From the human T2T-CHM13v2.0 reference genome, Homo sapiens, in the NCBI RefSeq assembly GCF_009914755.1, contig NC_060942.1: a DNA stretch of 64,000 nt; one strand, written 5' to 3'. Below are positions 47,154 through 59,930 of this stretch, one piece after another (within the stretch, counting starts at the first letter, position 1; the number at the start of each line of letters is the position of its first letter). A program made the translations under genes and the position numbers. The notes beneath the pieces were generated by a model. It ran no database searches. It saw only the letters and a program-made list of their open reading frames with translations, and was not told the origin of the DNA.

Positions 47154-47814
47154 TGTGATTCACAGGGCCTCACTATCCCCTCAGCTGCACTAAACTTTAG
47201 GCAGGCTTCCTCCTGACTGTAGAGCCCGATTTCGCTTTTCCTAGAGCATTTACTTTAGAAAACTTGCCATTGTGATTCCTTTATCTGCCGCTTTGAGATG
47301 TAAAGCTTCCTCCAGCCTCTAGCCAGTTTTATAGCCCAGAATTGTCTTCCTCAAGGACCTGAGGGCCATCACTTTGAAATATAATCATCAAGAAAGATAC
47401 CTCCTTGATTATGGTGATCATTTCACAGTGCACACAGATACTAAGACACCAAAAAGTACACCTTAAAGATATACAATTTTTGTCACTTATACCTCAATAA
47501 AGCTGGAGGAAAAGAAAGACAGCATCCTTATTCCTCAGTCTCTATGGGAAGGTAGGAACCTGGAAAACAAAGGTCACTTAGCAAGCACAGCTTTCCTAAT
47601 CCCACGGACCGGCCTCTGCCCTGACATACTTAGAGCTTTCTACCCTTCAAACCACTCCTGCTTTTCGTCTCAACACAGTTGAGTTCTAGCGTGCGCGCGT
47701 GCTCTCGCACTCTCTCTCTCTCTCTGTCTCTCTCTCTCTCTCCTATTGCAATAGTCTTGGGTAAAGTCTTTCTGGCCGTTTTTAACAGGCCTCTAGTGAA
47801 ATTTTTCTTCTACA
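47154..47814 (+). mobile_element. MER31-like ERV1 solo LTR containing a ~110-bp L1M 3'-end insertion (47400-47511)
   Basis: CTAAACTTTAGGCAGGCTTCCTCCTGACT..TAGAGCATTTACTTTAGAAAACTTG..CCTATTGCAATAGTCTT. The insert ends ATACCTCAATAAAGCTG and is flanked by AAGAAAGATA/AAGAAAGACA. Confidence 0.7.
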
Positions 47815-47923
47815 ACTTTCCTTTTCCCACCACAGAACAGTCTCGGTGATGCCTCCTCACCCCGCCAGCAGGGGGCAGCAGGCCTGCTCCACATGGCTCC
47901 CATGGAGGCCTTCCTACAGCAAG

Positions 47924-48483
47924 CAGAGACCACAGCAGGCAGAGAACACTGCACGCAGAGGCCACAGGGCACAGAGACCACTGCACGCAGAGACCACAGC
48001 ACACAGAGACCACAGTACACAGAGACCACTGCACGCGGGGGCCATAGTACGTGGAGACCACAGCACACAAAGACCACAGCAAACAGAGACCACAGCACAC
48101 AGAAGCCACAGCACACAGAGACCACAGTATGCAGAGACCACTGCACACGGGGGCCATAGCACGTGGAGACCACAGCACACAGAGACCACAGCACACGGAG
48201 ACCACAGCACACAGAAGCCACAGCACACAGAGACTACTGCACACGGGGGCCACAGCACACAGAGACCACAGCACACAGAGACCAGAGCACACAGAAGCCA
48301 TAGCACGCAGAGACCACAGCACTCAGAGACCACAGCACACAGGGGCCACGGCACACAGAGACCACTGCACGTGGAGGCCACAGCACACAGCGGCCACAGC
48401 ATACAGAGACCACAGCATGCAGAGACCACAGCATGTGGAGCCCACTGTATGTGGAGACTACAGCATGCAAAGACCACTGCCCA
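47924..48483. repeat. Minisatellite: 35 x 16 bp, consensus CAGAGACCACAGCACA
   Basis: Parsed by eye into 35 consecutive 16-bp units with substitutions only. Degenerate tail to ~48510. Confidence 0.95.
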
Positions 48484-49029
48484 TACACCACAATACATGG
48501 AGACCACTTGCCCTCAGGACCATGTGCCCCATGGGTCTGCAAGCTCTCCCCAGACCAAAGCTTTCTCCTACTCTTCCTCTTTGAATTTTTCTTCCTCTTT
48601 TCTCAGCTTTCTGGCTTATATTCAGCAGAGTGCATACCACACTGTGAATGCTAGTAAGAGTGCAATGAAATGATCACATAAATGAACTGGAAAAAGAAAA
48701 CAAATCTTTCAATAACTTATTTTAAATCAGAAGGAATGCAAACTATGAGAAGAGTATGTATTTTGTATGTATTACACTAGCAGTTTCTAGATTTTAGGAT
48801 GAGATTAATTTCAGCTTTCCAAGGACATGATTCAACAGGATAGGAAAAGAAACAAAGCAAAAAGAAATAATGCCAATTCTTGCAGTAGATAAATTCCAAG
48901 CCTCTGTACCTGATTCCCAATTCTACTCTACTTTTCCCTTTTCAGCCGTGCTGCTAAGTAATACGCACAGACATAATTCTCTGTAATACACTGCTCAGTA
49001 TAAACACGGAGAAATGATAACTGTATTAG

Positions 49030-49240
49030 CTGGACATTTATTATGGGCCAGGTGCTACCCACGTTATTTAACACAGCAATCTTATGAGACATTTTCTATC
49101 ATTACACAGATGATATTTCACAAATGACAAAACTGAGACCCAGGGAACCAAATCACACATACAAGGTGACTCGATTAATGGGCAGCAGAGTGCAGAACAG
49201 AAGCAAAGCTGCCCCAGTGGCAAAAGCAATGCTCTAGCCA
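49030..49240. mobile_element. MIR
   Basis: TTATGGGCCAGGTGCTA..TTTCACAAATGACAAAACTGAGACCCAGGGAA. Confidence 0.6.
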
Positions 49241-49614
49241 TTGTCCTTGCTGCTCCACCCTGAAGGCCAACTACAAACAAATGCAAACCCAATTTGAAAG
49301 ACTAGTAGTGATTTATCTCAAAAGAGACTAACAGATTTATCTCAAAAGAGACTAACACTCCTCAACTTTTTAAATTATCTGGTCTCTATCACATTTTTTT
49401 TCTTTATTCTGTGCTATTAAATCACCACACCAAAACCTCAACATAAAGTTATCTTAATAAGAATAATAAAACTTTTCTAAAAACTTAGAGGGGGGATATG
49501 TTTATACGGAGGCTAGAAAAACTTTTCAACTTTATAATGGCTTTTCTCTCAAAATATTTAAATATTTCCTTCTCTGAAGGTGTCAATGTGTTTCCTATTA
49601 AACTCTCTCTCTCT

Positions 49615-50537
49615 AAATTTTTTCCAATCTATCCATCTGACAAAGAATCTACAAGGAACTTAAACAAATTTACAGAGAAAAAACAACCCCATTAAAAAGT
49701 GGGCAAAGGACATAAACAGACAGACACTTCTCAAAAGAAGGCATACATGCAGCCAACAAACATATGAAAAAACGTTCAACATCACTGATCATTAGAGAAA
49801 TGCAAATCAAAACCACAATGAGATATCATCTCATGCCAGTCAGAACAGTGATTATTAAAAAGTCAAGAAACAGATGCTGGCGAGGCTACAGAGAAATAGG
49901 AACACTTTCACGTTGTTGGTGGGAATGTAAATTAGTTCAACCATTGTGGATCACAGTGTGGCAATTCCTCAAAGACCTAGAACCAGAAATACCATTTGAC
50001 CCAGCAATCCCATTACTTGGTATATACTCAAAGAAATATAAATCATTCAGTTATAAAGATACATGCACACGTATGTTCATTGCAGCACCATCCACAATAG
50101 CAAAGACATAGTATCAACTCAAATGCCCATCAATCATAGACTGGATAAAGTAAATGTGGCACATATACACCATGGAATATTATGCAGTCATAAAAAGGAG
50201 CAAGATCATGTCCTTTGCAGGGACATGAATGGAGCTGGAAGCCATTATCCTCAGCAAACTATCATAGGAACAGAAAATCAAACACCACATGTTCTCACTT
50301 ATAAGTGGGAGCTGAACAATGAGAACACATGGACAAAAGGAGGAGAACAACACACACTGGGGCCTGTGGTGGTGGGGGAGGGAGAGCATCAGGATAAATA
50401 ACTAATGCATGCAGGGGTTAATGCTTAGGTGATCGGCTGATAGGTGCAGCAAACAACCATAGCACACGTTTACCTGTGTAACAAACCTGCACATCCTGCA
50501 TGTGTATCCAGGAACTTAAAATCACATTAAATTTTAA
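49615..50537 (+). mobile_element. 5'-truncated L1PA (PA8-10-like), ~0.92 kb
   Basis: ORF2 C-terminal remnant ([28 protein letters not shown] 49764-50111) plus 3' UTR. TSD AAACTCTCTCTCTCT (49600-49614) / AAACTCTCTCTCCCT (50538-50552). Confidence 0.9.
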
Positions 50538-51094
50538 AAACTCTCTCTCCCTCTTTCTCTCTTGCTTACACACACGCACACACACAAAGAGCTATCCTTA
50601 CTACTTCTCCCTATTTTCATTTTCATGTCTCCTAAAAAGAAACAAGAAGCATTTCAGCAAATTAAGACAGGCAAGCCACACTAAATGCCACAGTATAAAT
50701 AGCCGTCATAAAATATATTTTAAGAAATGTGCTAATTACAGGACCCATCCAACCGAGGCTGTTGTATGATTCCATGCATAAATCCCGTGTCCACCTCTAC
50801 ATCCCTCAAGCCTGGGAGGCGGGCACAGGAGTCACCCTTTCCTCCTGCACCCTTAAGCACAAGCTTGTCACTTCCACATCACACAATAGAAACCACATGT
50901 GGAAGTCCAGAGCATGTGATAAAAACATAGTACCATCAACTGTCATTCTAATATAACTGAAAAAAGCAAAGTCAAAGTTTTAAAATGTGCTCACCCAATA
51001 TTCTATCACAGAAACATGCCCACAACTCCTCTGGGTGTGACGCTCTTGGCCCAACCCTGGGCCACTGGCTGCTCCCAAGAAGTCTTAGTTCTCC

Positions 51095-51948
51095 TTCACT
51101 TATGAAGCTTAGTTTGGCTGGATATGAAATTCTGGGTTGAAAATTCTTTCCTTTAAGAATGTTGAAAAACACATGAAAAAATGCTCACTATCACTGGCCA
51201 TCAGAGAAATGCAAATCAAAACCACAATGAGATACCATCTCACACCAGTTAGAATGACAATCATTAAAAAGTCAGGAAACAACAGGTGCTGGAGAGGATG
51301 TGGAGAAATAGGAACACTTTTACACTGTTGGTGGGACTGTAAACTAGTTCAACCATTGTGGAAGTCAGTGTGGCGATTCCTCAGGGATCTAGAACTAGAA
51401 ATAACATTTGACTCAGCCATCCCATTACTGGGTATATACCCAAAGGACTATAAATCATGCTGCTATAAAGACACAGGCACACGTATGTTTATTGCGGCAC
51501 TATTCACAATAGCAAAGACTTGGAACCAACCCAAATGTCCAACAATGATAGACTGGATTAAGAAAATGTGGCACATATACACCATGGAATACTATGCAGC
51601 CATAAAAAACAATGAGTTCATGTCCTTTGTAGGGACATGGGTGAAATTGGAAATCATCATTCTCAGTAAACTATCGCAAGGACAAAAAACCAAACACTGC
51701 ATGTTCTCACTCATAGATGGGAACTGAACGATGAGAACACTTGGACACAGGAAGGGGAACATTACACACCAGGGCCTGTTGTGGGGTGGGGGTAGGGGGT
51801 AGGGATAGCATTAGGAGATATACCTAATGCTAAATGACGAGTTAATGGGTGCAGCACACCAACATGGCACATGTATACATATGTAACTAACCTGCACATT
51901 GTGCACATGTACCCTAGAACTTAAAGTATAATAATAATAAAATAAAAT
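51095..51948 (+). mobile_element. 5'-inverted (twin-primed) L1PA (PA4/5-like): inverted ORF1 piece 51095-51166 plus sense ORF2 end/3' UTR 51165-51948
   Basis: Perfect 18-bp TSD AAGAAGTCTTAGTTCTCC at 51077-51094 and 51949-51966. The inverted part translates [26 protein letters not shown] (ORF1p). The sense part translates [20 protein letters not shown] (ORF2p end). Confidence 0.93.
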
Positions 51949-53469
51949 AAGAAGTCTTAGTTCTCCCTTTACATTGCTTGTCTGGCTTCATGTCCATTCA
52001 GATTTCCAAAATTCCACCTGGAATGGGAAAGGAATGAAAGGAGCACCAGTGCCTCCCACGTGTAGATGCAGGGCCAGCCGCCTTCCTCCCATTAGCTCTG
52101 CAATAATCCACTGCCACGGGCAGGTGTTGCTTCCTGGTGATGGCTGGAGAACTCAGGATCTGAAGTTAAAAATGTTACCCAGATCACATTCTAGTCAGTG
52201 ACACAGCTACGACTGGGATCTGGATTTGTCCAACTTCCAAATGCTCATGCTTTCCACATCATCTCCTATTTCGACAAGTTTATCAAGCAGTTTCTCTAAG
52301 TAACTCAGATTTTTAAAGTGACTTTATTTCAATATAGCCAACACAGGTAGCCAAAGTGCAAAGGCTGGGGTGAAGACAATTTCTTGTGGGGCCGAAAGCT
52401 CCTAAATTAGTGCCTTTTAATCAGAGCTTTACCTGGCCAGAGCCTCCTCAGACCCAGCTGCCCATTGGCCTCTCTGTGCTCTCTCTGGCCCCAGCAGAAC
52501 TCCTGCCCTCTTCCTAATGCCCGCCACCTTGCAGGTCCTGGCAACCAAAACCAAAGGATGGTGGCCCTTCCCCTATTTTCTATCACTGCAAAAAAATATA
52601 TATATACATGTCATCAAAATTATAGGCCAAACATTAATTTACAAAGTGTTTCATTTTATCATCTCCAAAGCACCTGCCCATTGGAGATATCATTTTATTT
52701 ATTCTTTCCATCTTCTTTAGGGCTTTCTGAGTCACACCAAGCAAATAATGGTTAGAACCAAAAGGACAAGTCAGAGAATGAAATGGGGACATGGGAGATA
52801 AAGCTATAAATAAAAAGCCTCAGAACTGTCCTTCACTATCCAAGACATCGATTTACTTTTAAATATTAAGTAGCAATTATCTCCTTGACCTACAAAAAGT
52901 AGAAAAGTGTTAAGGAACTTGCCAAGCATAGCAAAGAAAACAGCGTGGTACGTTCAGAAATATAAGCCATTAACAAGTCACTCACTAAGCCAAGTTGGGT
53001 TATGGTGGCAAAACAATAACGAATTTTCATTGATTTGTTCATTATGTAAATTACATTTTCACTGGGTATTTGACGTGTGCTAGGCACTGTGCTTTATCAG
53101 TGCTCTAGGGAGGAACAAGAAGCCCAAATATTTTGTCTGTCTCTACTATTCAGAACCATCTTTCATCCAGCAGTTGAATAAGAGCTATTAGGTTAGAGCT
53201 ATTAAGTCAAATACTTTTGAAAATTTTCATCTAAATTTCCATCTTTTTTTCTGAAAGGTAGCATAGTGCTATTTTCAAACCCCTTTATGAGAGCCCAAAG
53301 TTGATACCAATGTCTTTGATATTCATTTCTAACAAGAGAGCAGCAGGAAGTGCACGGAGTGGCACTCAAAACCAATCCCAGTTGATGTATCCATTGCCTA
53401 ACTGGTTGTGCAAATGATACATAATAACAAATGGCCCCAGGGTGGCTCGAGGACAATTGCCTTAGTTGG

Positions 53470-53800
53470 TAATATGGGACGGACGTATGTGTCCTTTCAA
53501 AATGCATATGTTAAAGTCTTCACCACCAATGTGGCTGTATTTGGAGTAAGGAAGAAACTAAGGTTAAATGAGGCCATGAGGGTGGAGCCCTGATCTGATG
53601 GGATTAGTGTCCCTATAAAAAGAGACTCCAGAGTTCTCTCCTTCCCCTGCCACGTGGGGACACAGCAAGAAAGCAGCTGCCCAAATCAGCTAGAACCTGA
53701 TCTTGGACCTCCAGCCTCCAGAACTGTGAGAAATAAATGTCTGCTGTCTAAGCCACCTGATCTATGGTATTTTGGTGTCGTTGCCTGAGAAAATAAGACA
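53470..53800 (+). mobile_element. MLT1A-like solo LTR
   Basis: CAAAATGCATATGTTAAAG..AAGGTTAAATGAGGCCATGAGGGTGGAGCCCTGATCTGATGGGATTAGTG..CAGCCTCCAGAACTGTGAGAAATAAATG..TAAGACA. Confidence 0.75.
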
Positions 53801-54559
53801 GTGGTATTTTGTCATTCTTCCCATTTAAATCTGTAAGTTACAGCAGAGCTTAGATTACACAGTCGCACGTTACTGGTAACTTCCTCACAGCAGAAATTAC
53901 CCATTGTTTTGCGTCAGTTCTAGTGTTACATAGAGTTAATTCTCTTCCATTCAAAGACTGGGTCACTCCTAATGTCTAATGGCTGGCAATCTAGCGTATA
54001 AAGAAAACAACATCAAGGAAAGTGATGGAAATGTTTGCAATAACATCACTCTCTTGTTGGCCTAATACATTAATATTTTAAAACTCTGCAGATGCTTCCT
54101 AGATCCTGTTTTTATATCTCAGGTTTAATTTGCATTTATAGTATCCTTTCCTCAGGCCTTCAAGTGTAGGGGATTGGCATGGAAGGGTGAGTTAGAAAAG
54201 AGTTGGAAGGAGGTCAGAGGTTAACAACATCCAACCACTTTTTTTTTATATGATCGTCTTGAGAATTGCTGATTAATTGTAGTAAATGAGATTGTAGGCG
54301 TATGTAATTTATATATTGCATATTTGGCCTTATTTAACTATACTGGTTTCTAAAAACTTAAATAAACCTAAACTTTATATGCATATATAAGTATGATCAT
54401 GAAATTACTATTCGATATGTCTATGAAATATGACCTTACTAAGGAACACTATTTAGATATCAAAATTGAGCACAGCGATATGATGGTACATACTAATGAT
54501 GGTTTTCCTTTCTGTATGAAATATTTCAAGCATACCATCATTCTTCATTGCTTTTTCAT

Positions 54560-56320
54560 ATTTGCCATATTGGTTTTATATCACTCTTTAAAGTATCCTC
54601 AGTCCCACTAACCCTCTCTCCCTCCCTTCCTAAACATAATCTCTCACTTGAATTGATGTTTATCATCTCCATTCATATGTTTAATGATTTTACTATAAAT
54701 GCATGTTTTCATAAAACATATTGAGTGTTGGTTTTGAAGGTCTTAAAGTCTTACATAAATGATATCATACTGCAATGCTCTGTTTTTTAGATTTATCCAT
54801 ATTCATGCATGTGGCTCTGGTACATTCACCTTGCTGTATAATATTAACATTTTATGAATATAGCACAATTTATTCATTTTCCTGTTGACAAATATATAGG
54901 ATGTTTCCCATTTCTTGTTATCACAAACAATATTTTTATAAGCATTTTTCATCTCTGTGTACATGTGCACAAGTTTCCATTGGCATGTACTTAGAAATGG
55001 AATTAGTAGATTGTAGATTATGCACATTTTGAACTTTATTAGAGAATGCAAAATTATTTTACAAAGTGGTTATACCAGTTTGTACTCCCATCACAGGGCA
55101 TGTGAGTTTTTATGCTCCACATCCTAACACTTGGAATTGTCAGATTTTTACATTTTTGCCAGTTGAAGAATGTGAAACGGAATCTCACTTGGGTTTTAAT
55201 GTGAACTTCTCTGAGGACTAGTGATGTCGATTATTTTCATGTTGGTTCCTCTCCTGTGACTTGTTTGTTCATATTCTTTATCATCTTCCTAGTGAGTTTC
55301 TGGTCTGCAGCTTACTGCTTTGAAGGAGTTTGGGGTTTTTAAAGTTATTCTCAACACCGCTCATTTATCAGTTATAGGTTTTACAAATATCTCTCATTCT
55401 GTAGTTTATGTATGGAAATTTTTGTTTTAAATATAGACAATTTGATGTGCATTCTTCCCATGGCTTGTGTTTTTTGTGTCTTTATTTAAATCCCTCCCTA
55501 TACTGGGATTAGATATTCTCCAATATTTTCATCTCAAATTTGAAATTTTGCTTATATCTTTACCTGGAATGTATCTCAGCGTATGGTGTAAAGTAAAAGC
55601 CTAATTTTAATATTTTGCATATGGATATCCAATTTATTAAATGGTCTATCATTTCCATCTAATTGATAATGCTACTTTGCTGTAAATTGTTACCATTATG
55701 CATGACTTGGTTTATAAAGCAACGTTTACCCTCGAGCTACGTCTTGAAAGTATGCCCTCCACACTGTTCTTCAGAATCGTCTTCTCCATTCTTAGTCCTG
55801 TAGTTTTCCAAGTGTTTTAATTCACTTATTAAATAAAAAAACTCTTTAGCAATCAGATTGCAGTGATATTGTATTTGTAGATTTAGTGGGAACAGACATT
55901 GCTAGAGCCTTTCCATCTATGAAAATGGTAACTCTCCATTTATTTACATTTTTGTCTGTGGCTTTTGAGAAAGTTGTAAATTTTCTCCATAAAGGTTTTA
56001 TATGTCCTTTGTTGAACTTGTTCCCAAGTACCATAGAGTTATCTATCTTTGTTTCAGTCAGGCTTTTTGGCAATTATAAATACCATATTATTTAGTTTAA
56101 CTTTCTGATTGGTGGGTTTTTAACGGAATTAAATTGATTTTCATACATACATATTTTATCCAGAATTCTTACTGAACTTTCTTATTTTAAAACTTGTCAA
56201 TAGGTTAGTTTCGGGTGTCGATATAGAAAATCACATCATTTGCAATTAACAGCTTAGTTACTTCTAATTCTTATGCATTTTTTCTCTTTACAAACTTACT
56301 GCACTGTCCACGGACCCCAT
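54560..56320 (-). mobile_element. Ancient L1ME-type ORF2 C-terminal/3' fragment
   Basis: T-rich antisense L1 text (TTTTACAAAGTGGTTATACCAG, CATATGGATATCCAATT, AATCACATCATTTGCAA). Confidence 0.65.
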
Positions 56321-56401
56321 CAAAGCCATTTGTATAAAGTTCACAAACAGAAGAAACTGAAACACTTAGGAATGCATAGTAAGATAATGAAAGTATGAAG
56401 A

Positions 56402-56820
<419 letters not shown>

Positions 56821-59800
56821 TTAGAAAGGTCACTTCCCCCAATGGAAAGAAAGTGGATTTAACTATTTTCACCAAATTCTAATATTCTGTGAGAGAGTGT
56901 AGGAATGCAATGTATTAGGAAAATTATTTGCTCTTTTAGCCAGGAGTCATCTATCAATACCTTACTTTATATTTTCCATGCTGCTTAGCTGCATCTCAGT
57001 TTTTATTTTAAATAGTACTACTGCATGGTCTCAATTGGCCTTTATCTTGTATTTGAAATTGTACAGCAAACAAGTGAAAACTGTCATCCCCATAGGTCAG
57101 ACTTAACTATCAATTTCTATTTTTACTTCTCATAAGACAGATAAGCTCTCTAACTAATCATCCCTTCTTCCCTGCTCTACATTGTCTGCAGAGTTGGTGG
57201 ATTGGAAGGTAATTCTACAAATGACAGAAGTAGGAACATCATATCTAAGATTCATAGATTAATAAAAGGAGGCTTATCCCACTGTTTCTTAGGTGAATTC
57301 CATCCCAATTATACAGGTTCTTCAGAGATCTCAGCTCTGGCTAAGGAATTATACTAAAGCTACATCCCCAAAACTAAGCTATTAACTTCTCTGGACACAG
57401 GCAGCTATAAAATGTCCTACGGGCAGAGACTTGGGCACAATTTCTAGTATTCATCTGACTCTAAAAATAACTTGCCTAATTATATAAACATAGTACTGCT
57501 TTTCTAATGGATATTAGCGGTTTAATTATTTGAGTCAAGTCAGAAGAAGATGTGTAATTGCATTCACTGCCACAAACTTGCTTGGATTCAACATTTGTTG
57601 ACTGTCTGCTACATGAAGGATGACATCAGTTCATTACTGCAATTTCTCTCCCTTGGCAAACTGTAATGAACTATGAAGCTTCATCAATTCAACGTGTTCT
57701 CTTTGTGGGCTTTATTTAGCATGCCAACTTGATCAGCAAGATTCTCTTCTAAATGACATCCTAAAGGTCCTTCTGAAAGTGAACCTCAAAGTTAGAAGCA
57801 GGACATATAACATCATTGACTCCCTCTCTAGTGCCCAGATGGTTACAATAAACACTCTAACCTTCATGCAGTCACAATGCTTGTAACTTTCTAAAATTGA
57901 ACGTTTTCAGCTGCATCCCGCCTTCCTCATCCACACATCCACCGTCTTCCTTTAGACACATGCCAGGGGAGTTGCTGAGGAGGAGGGAAAGAACTACACT
58001 GCGGCATCCAGCACCATCTGCAGCTGCTTGTTATATATGCATTGGATTTCTGATCCCAGGATAGGCATAGCTGACTTCCTCTCATGTGGAGCCATTTCTC
58101 TAAGATTCCAACATGGCAAGTGAAAAAAACAGAATCATGAACCCATTTTTAATTCATAGAAAGTGTCTATTTCCTCGCCGCAAGTTGCCCAGGAACTTTA
58201 ATTTGGGCTCTGAAAATTTAGGCCTTATCTTAAAGTTAAATAGACAGTGATGGTTGAAAACAGTGAAATTACTATTGAATCACAGACAGATCTTATTATA
58301 GAGTGTGATAGAGTAAATACTGTAGGGAGACAGGTAATAATTTACACCTGTTATGTACTCAGTAAATATTTGTTGAATGTAATAACTTGGGAAGGAGTGT
58401 GAATAAAAGCAGTTCTTTTCACTCGCTCCTAGCTGTAGTTTCTCCTGTGTTTCTCAGTATTGAACCCTGTCCTCCAACAGACTTTCTAAGGACATGCATT
58501 AGCCCCACAAGGGATTCTCCTCTCATTACAATGTGATTTGTCATTCTGTACACTGCACCAATGGGAGAGTGAGCACACAATTATCTACCTCAGGGTGAAA
58601 TCCTGATGGCCTTGATTTAAGGTTCAGAACTCTTATGGAATATTTTCCCAGAAAATTAGCCCTGTTAATGTTTCTGGAGGAAAGAGAGGAGACAGGGAGT
58701 GTGCAGACACAATATATCTTTGTGCATTAAGAGTGTTACTGTGTGTTTGTCATTGCAAGCTAGTAAATCCACACTCTACTCTATCACCCTGCAAGTTTTT
58801 ATACAGGGACGAGTACTGCTGAGTTGCATTCTACTTGTACTACATCAGAAACTGTTATTTTCATCCCTCATTGATTTCTTTGGAGAACTCCATTTTGGGT
58901 TGTAGGACATGAAGATTGTTATCATATTAAGAAGTGTAGAGTTGCTTACTCAGAGAGTAATATCATTGCTCAGCATGGAATGCCAGGATAAACAACAGTA
59001 ACCTTTTGGCATTGATCACCTGGGATGTCCCGCAGGCAGGCAGCATATTCCCAAGTCCAAGGCAGGATGGTTCCTGTCCTGCAGTCAGTGCTGCTCCGTC
59101 TGACCGCTAAGAGATCCATAGATTCCTTAGCTCAGACAGAGTGCTGCCTCTGCCCACACTAAGATCACAGTTTCAACAGTCCCTGGGTTAGGTTGTGTGA
59201 GTCTTGAAGGCAGTGAGGATCTGGGCTATCCCCCATGTATACAGAACAATGCCTTTTATACCCTAGGAACTTAATGAGAGTTTTGTACATGAATGAATGA
59301 ACGCATGAATGTAGACCCCATAGACACATTTTCTGCTGTGTAGCTCCTTCTGCTAGCTGCAGTTTCTCAGGGAGATGGACACACATCACCTGGTTGATTC
59401 AGGGCAGATACAAACAGGGAAAGTCTTCCCGCCCTGACCAAATATCTGTCATTACCCTGGAGTCTGTCATCTAGTCATGACTTTCAAAGGGGGATATTAA
59501 TCTATTTCAATGAGCACTTTCTGAGTAAGTCTTTTTTATGAGCAAAGGAACATGTTTTGGGGACACAATGGTGAATACAAACTCACCCATCCTGCACCAG
59601 GGTATAAACCTTCTTCCCCAAGCGTCTGCCTCTCCTGGTTTAGGCTCTCTCAGGGCCATTTCTCACTGGGCTCCCCACCACTCCCCTGACCCCTGTCCTG
59701 ACTATGCCCCACCTCACTCCTCTCACCCTATATGTGGATGAAGAGTTATTTCCTAAAGCGGGGACATCCTTTTGACCTTTCCTCTGCTTTGATTCCAGAT

Positions 59801-59920
59801 TCTCTGGTGACTCCTGAGCTGTGAGAGGCGGATGGGAGACTCCAGGGTTCTCAGCACTGGGCCTGACGGCCAGTGGCACCATCCAGGGACCTGCTGGAAA
59901 TTCAGATTCTGATGTCCGGA

Positions 59921-59930
59921 CAAGATGGCC
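59921..59930 (+). promoter_or_regulatory. YY1 site of the L1 internal promoter
   Basis: CAAGATGGCC at the expected position near the L1 5' end. Confidence 0.7.

Noticed and set aside
47689-47742. GCGTGCGCGCGTGC plus (CT)n as a Z-DNA element or CpG island
   Set aside because: Only ~14 bp of alternating purine-pyrimidine, at the edge of a simple repeat inside an LTR.
47924-48483. Tandem array as a CRISPR-like locus
   Set aside because: Units are contiguous with no unique spacers, there are no cas genes, and the context is eukaryotic.
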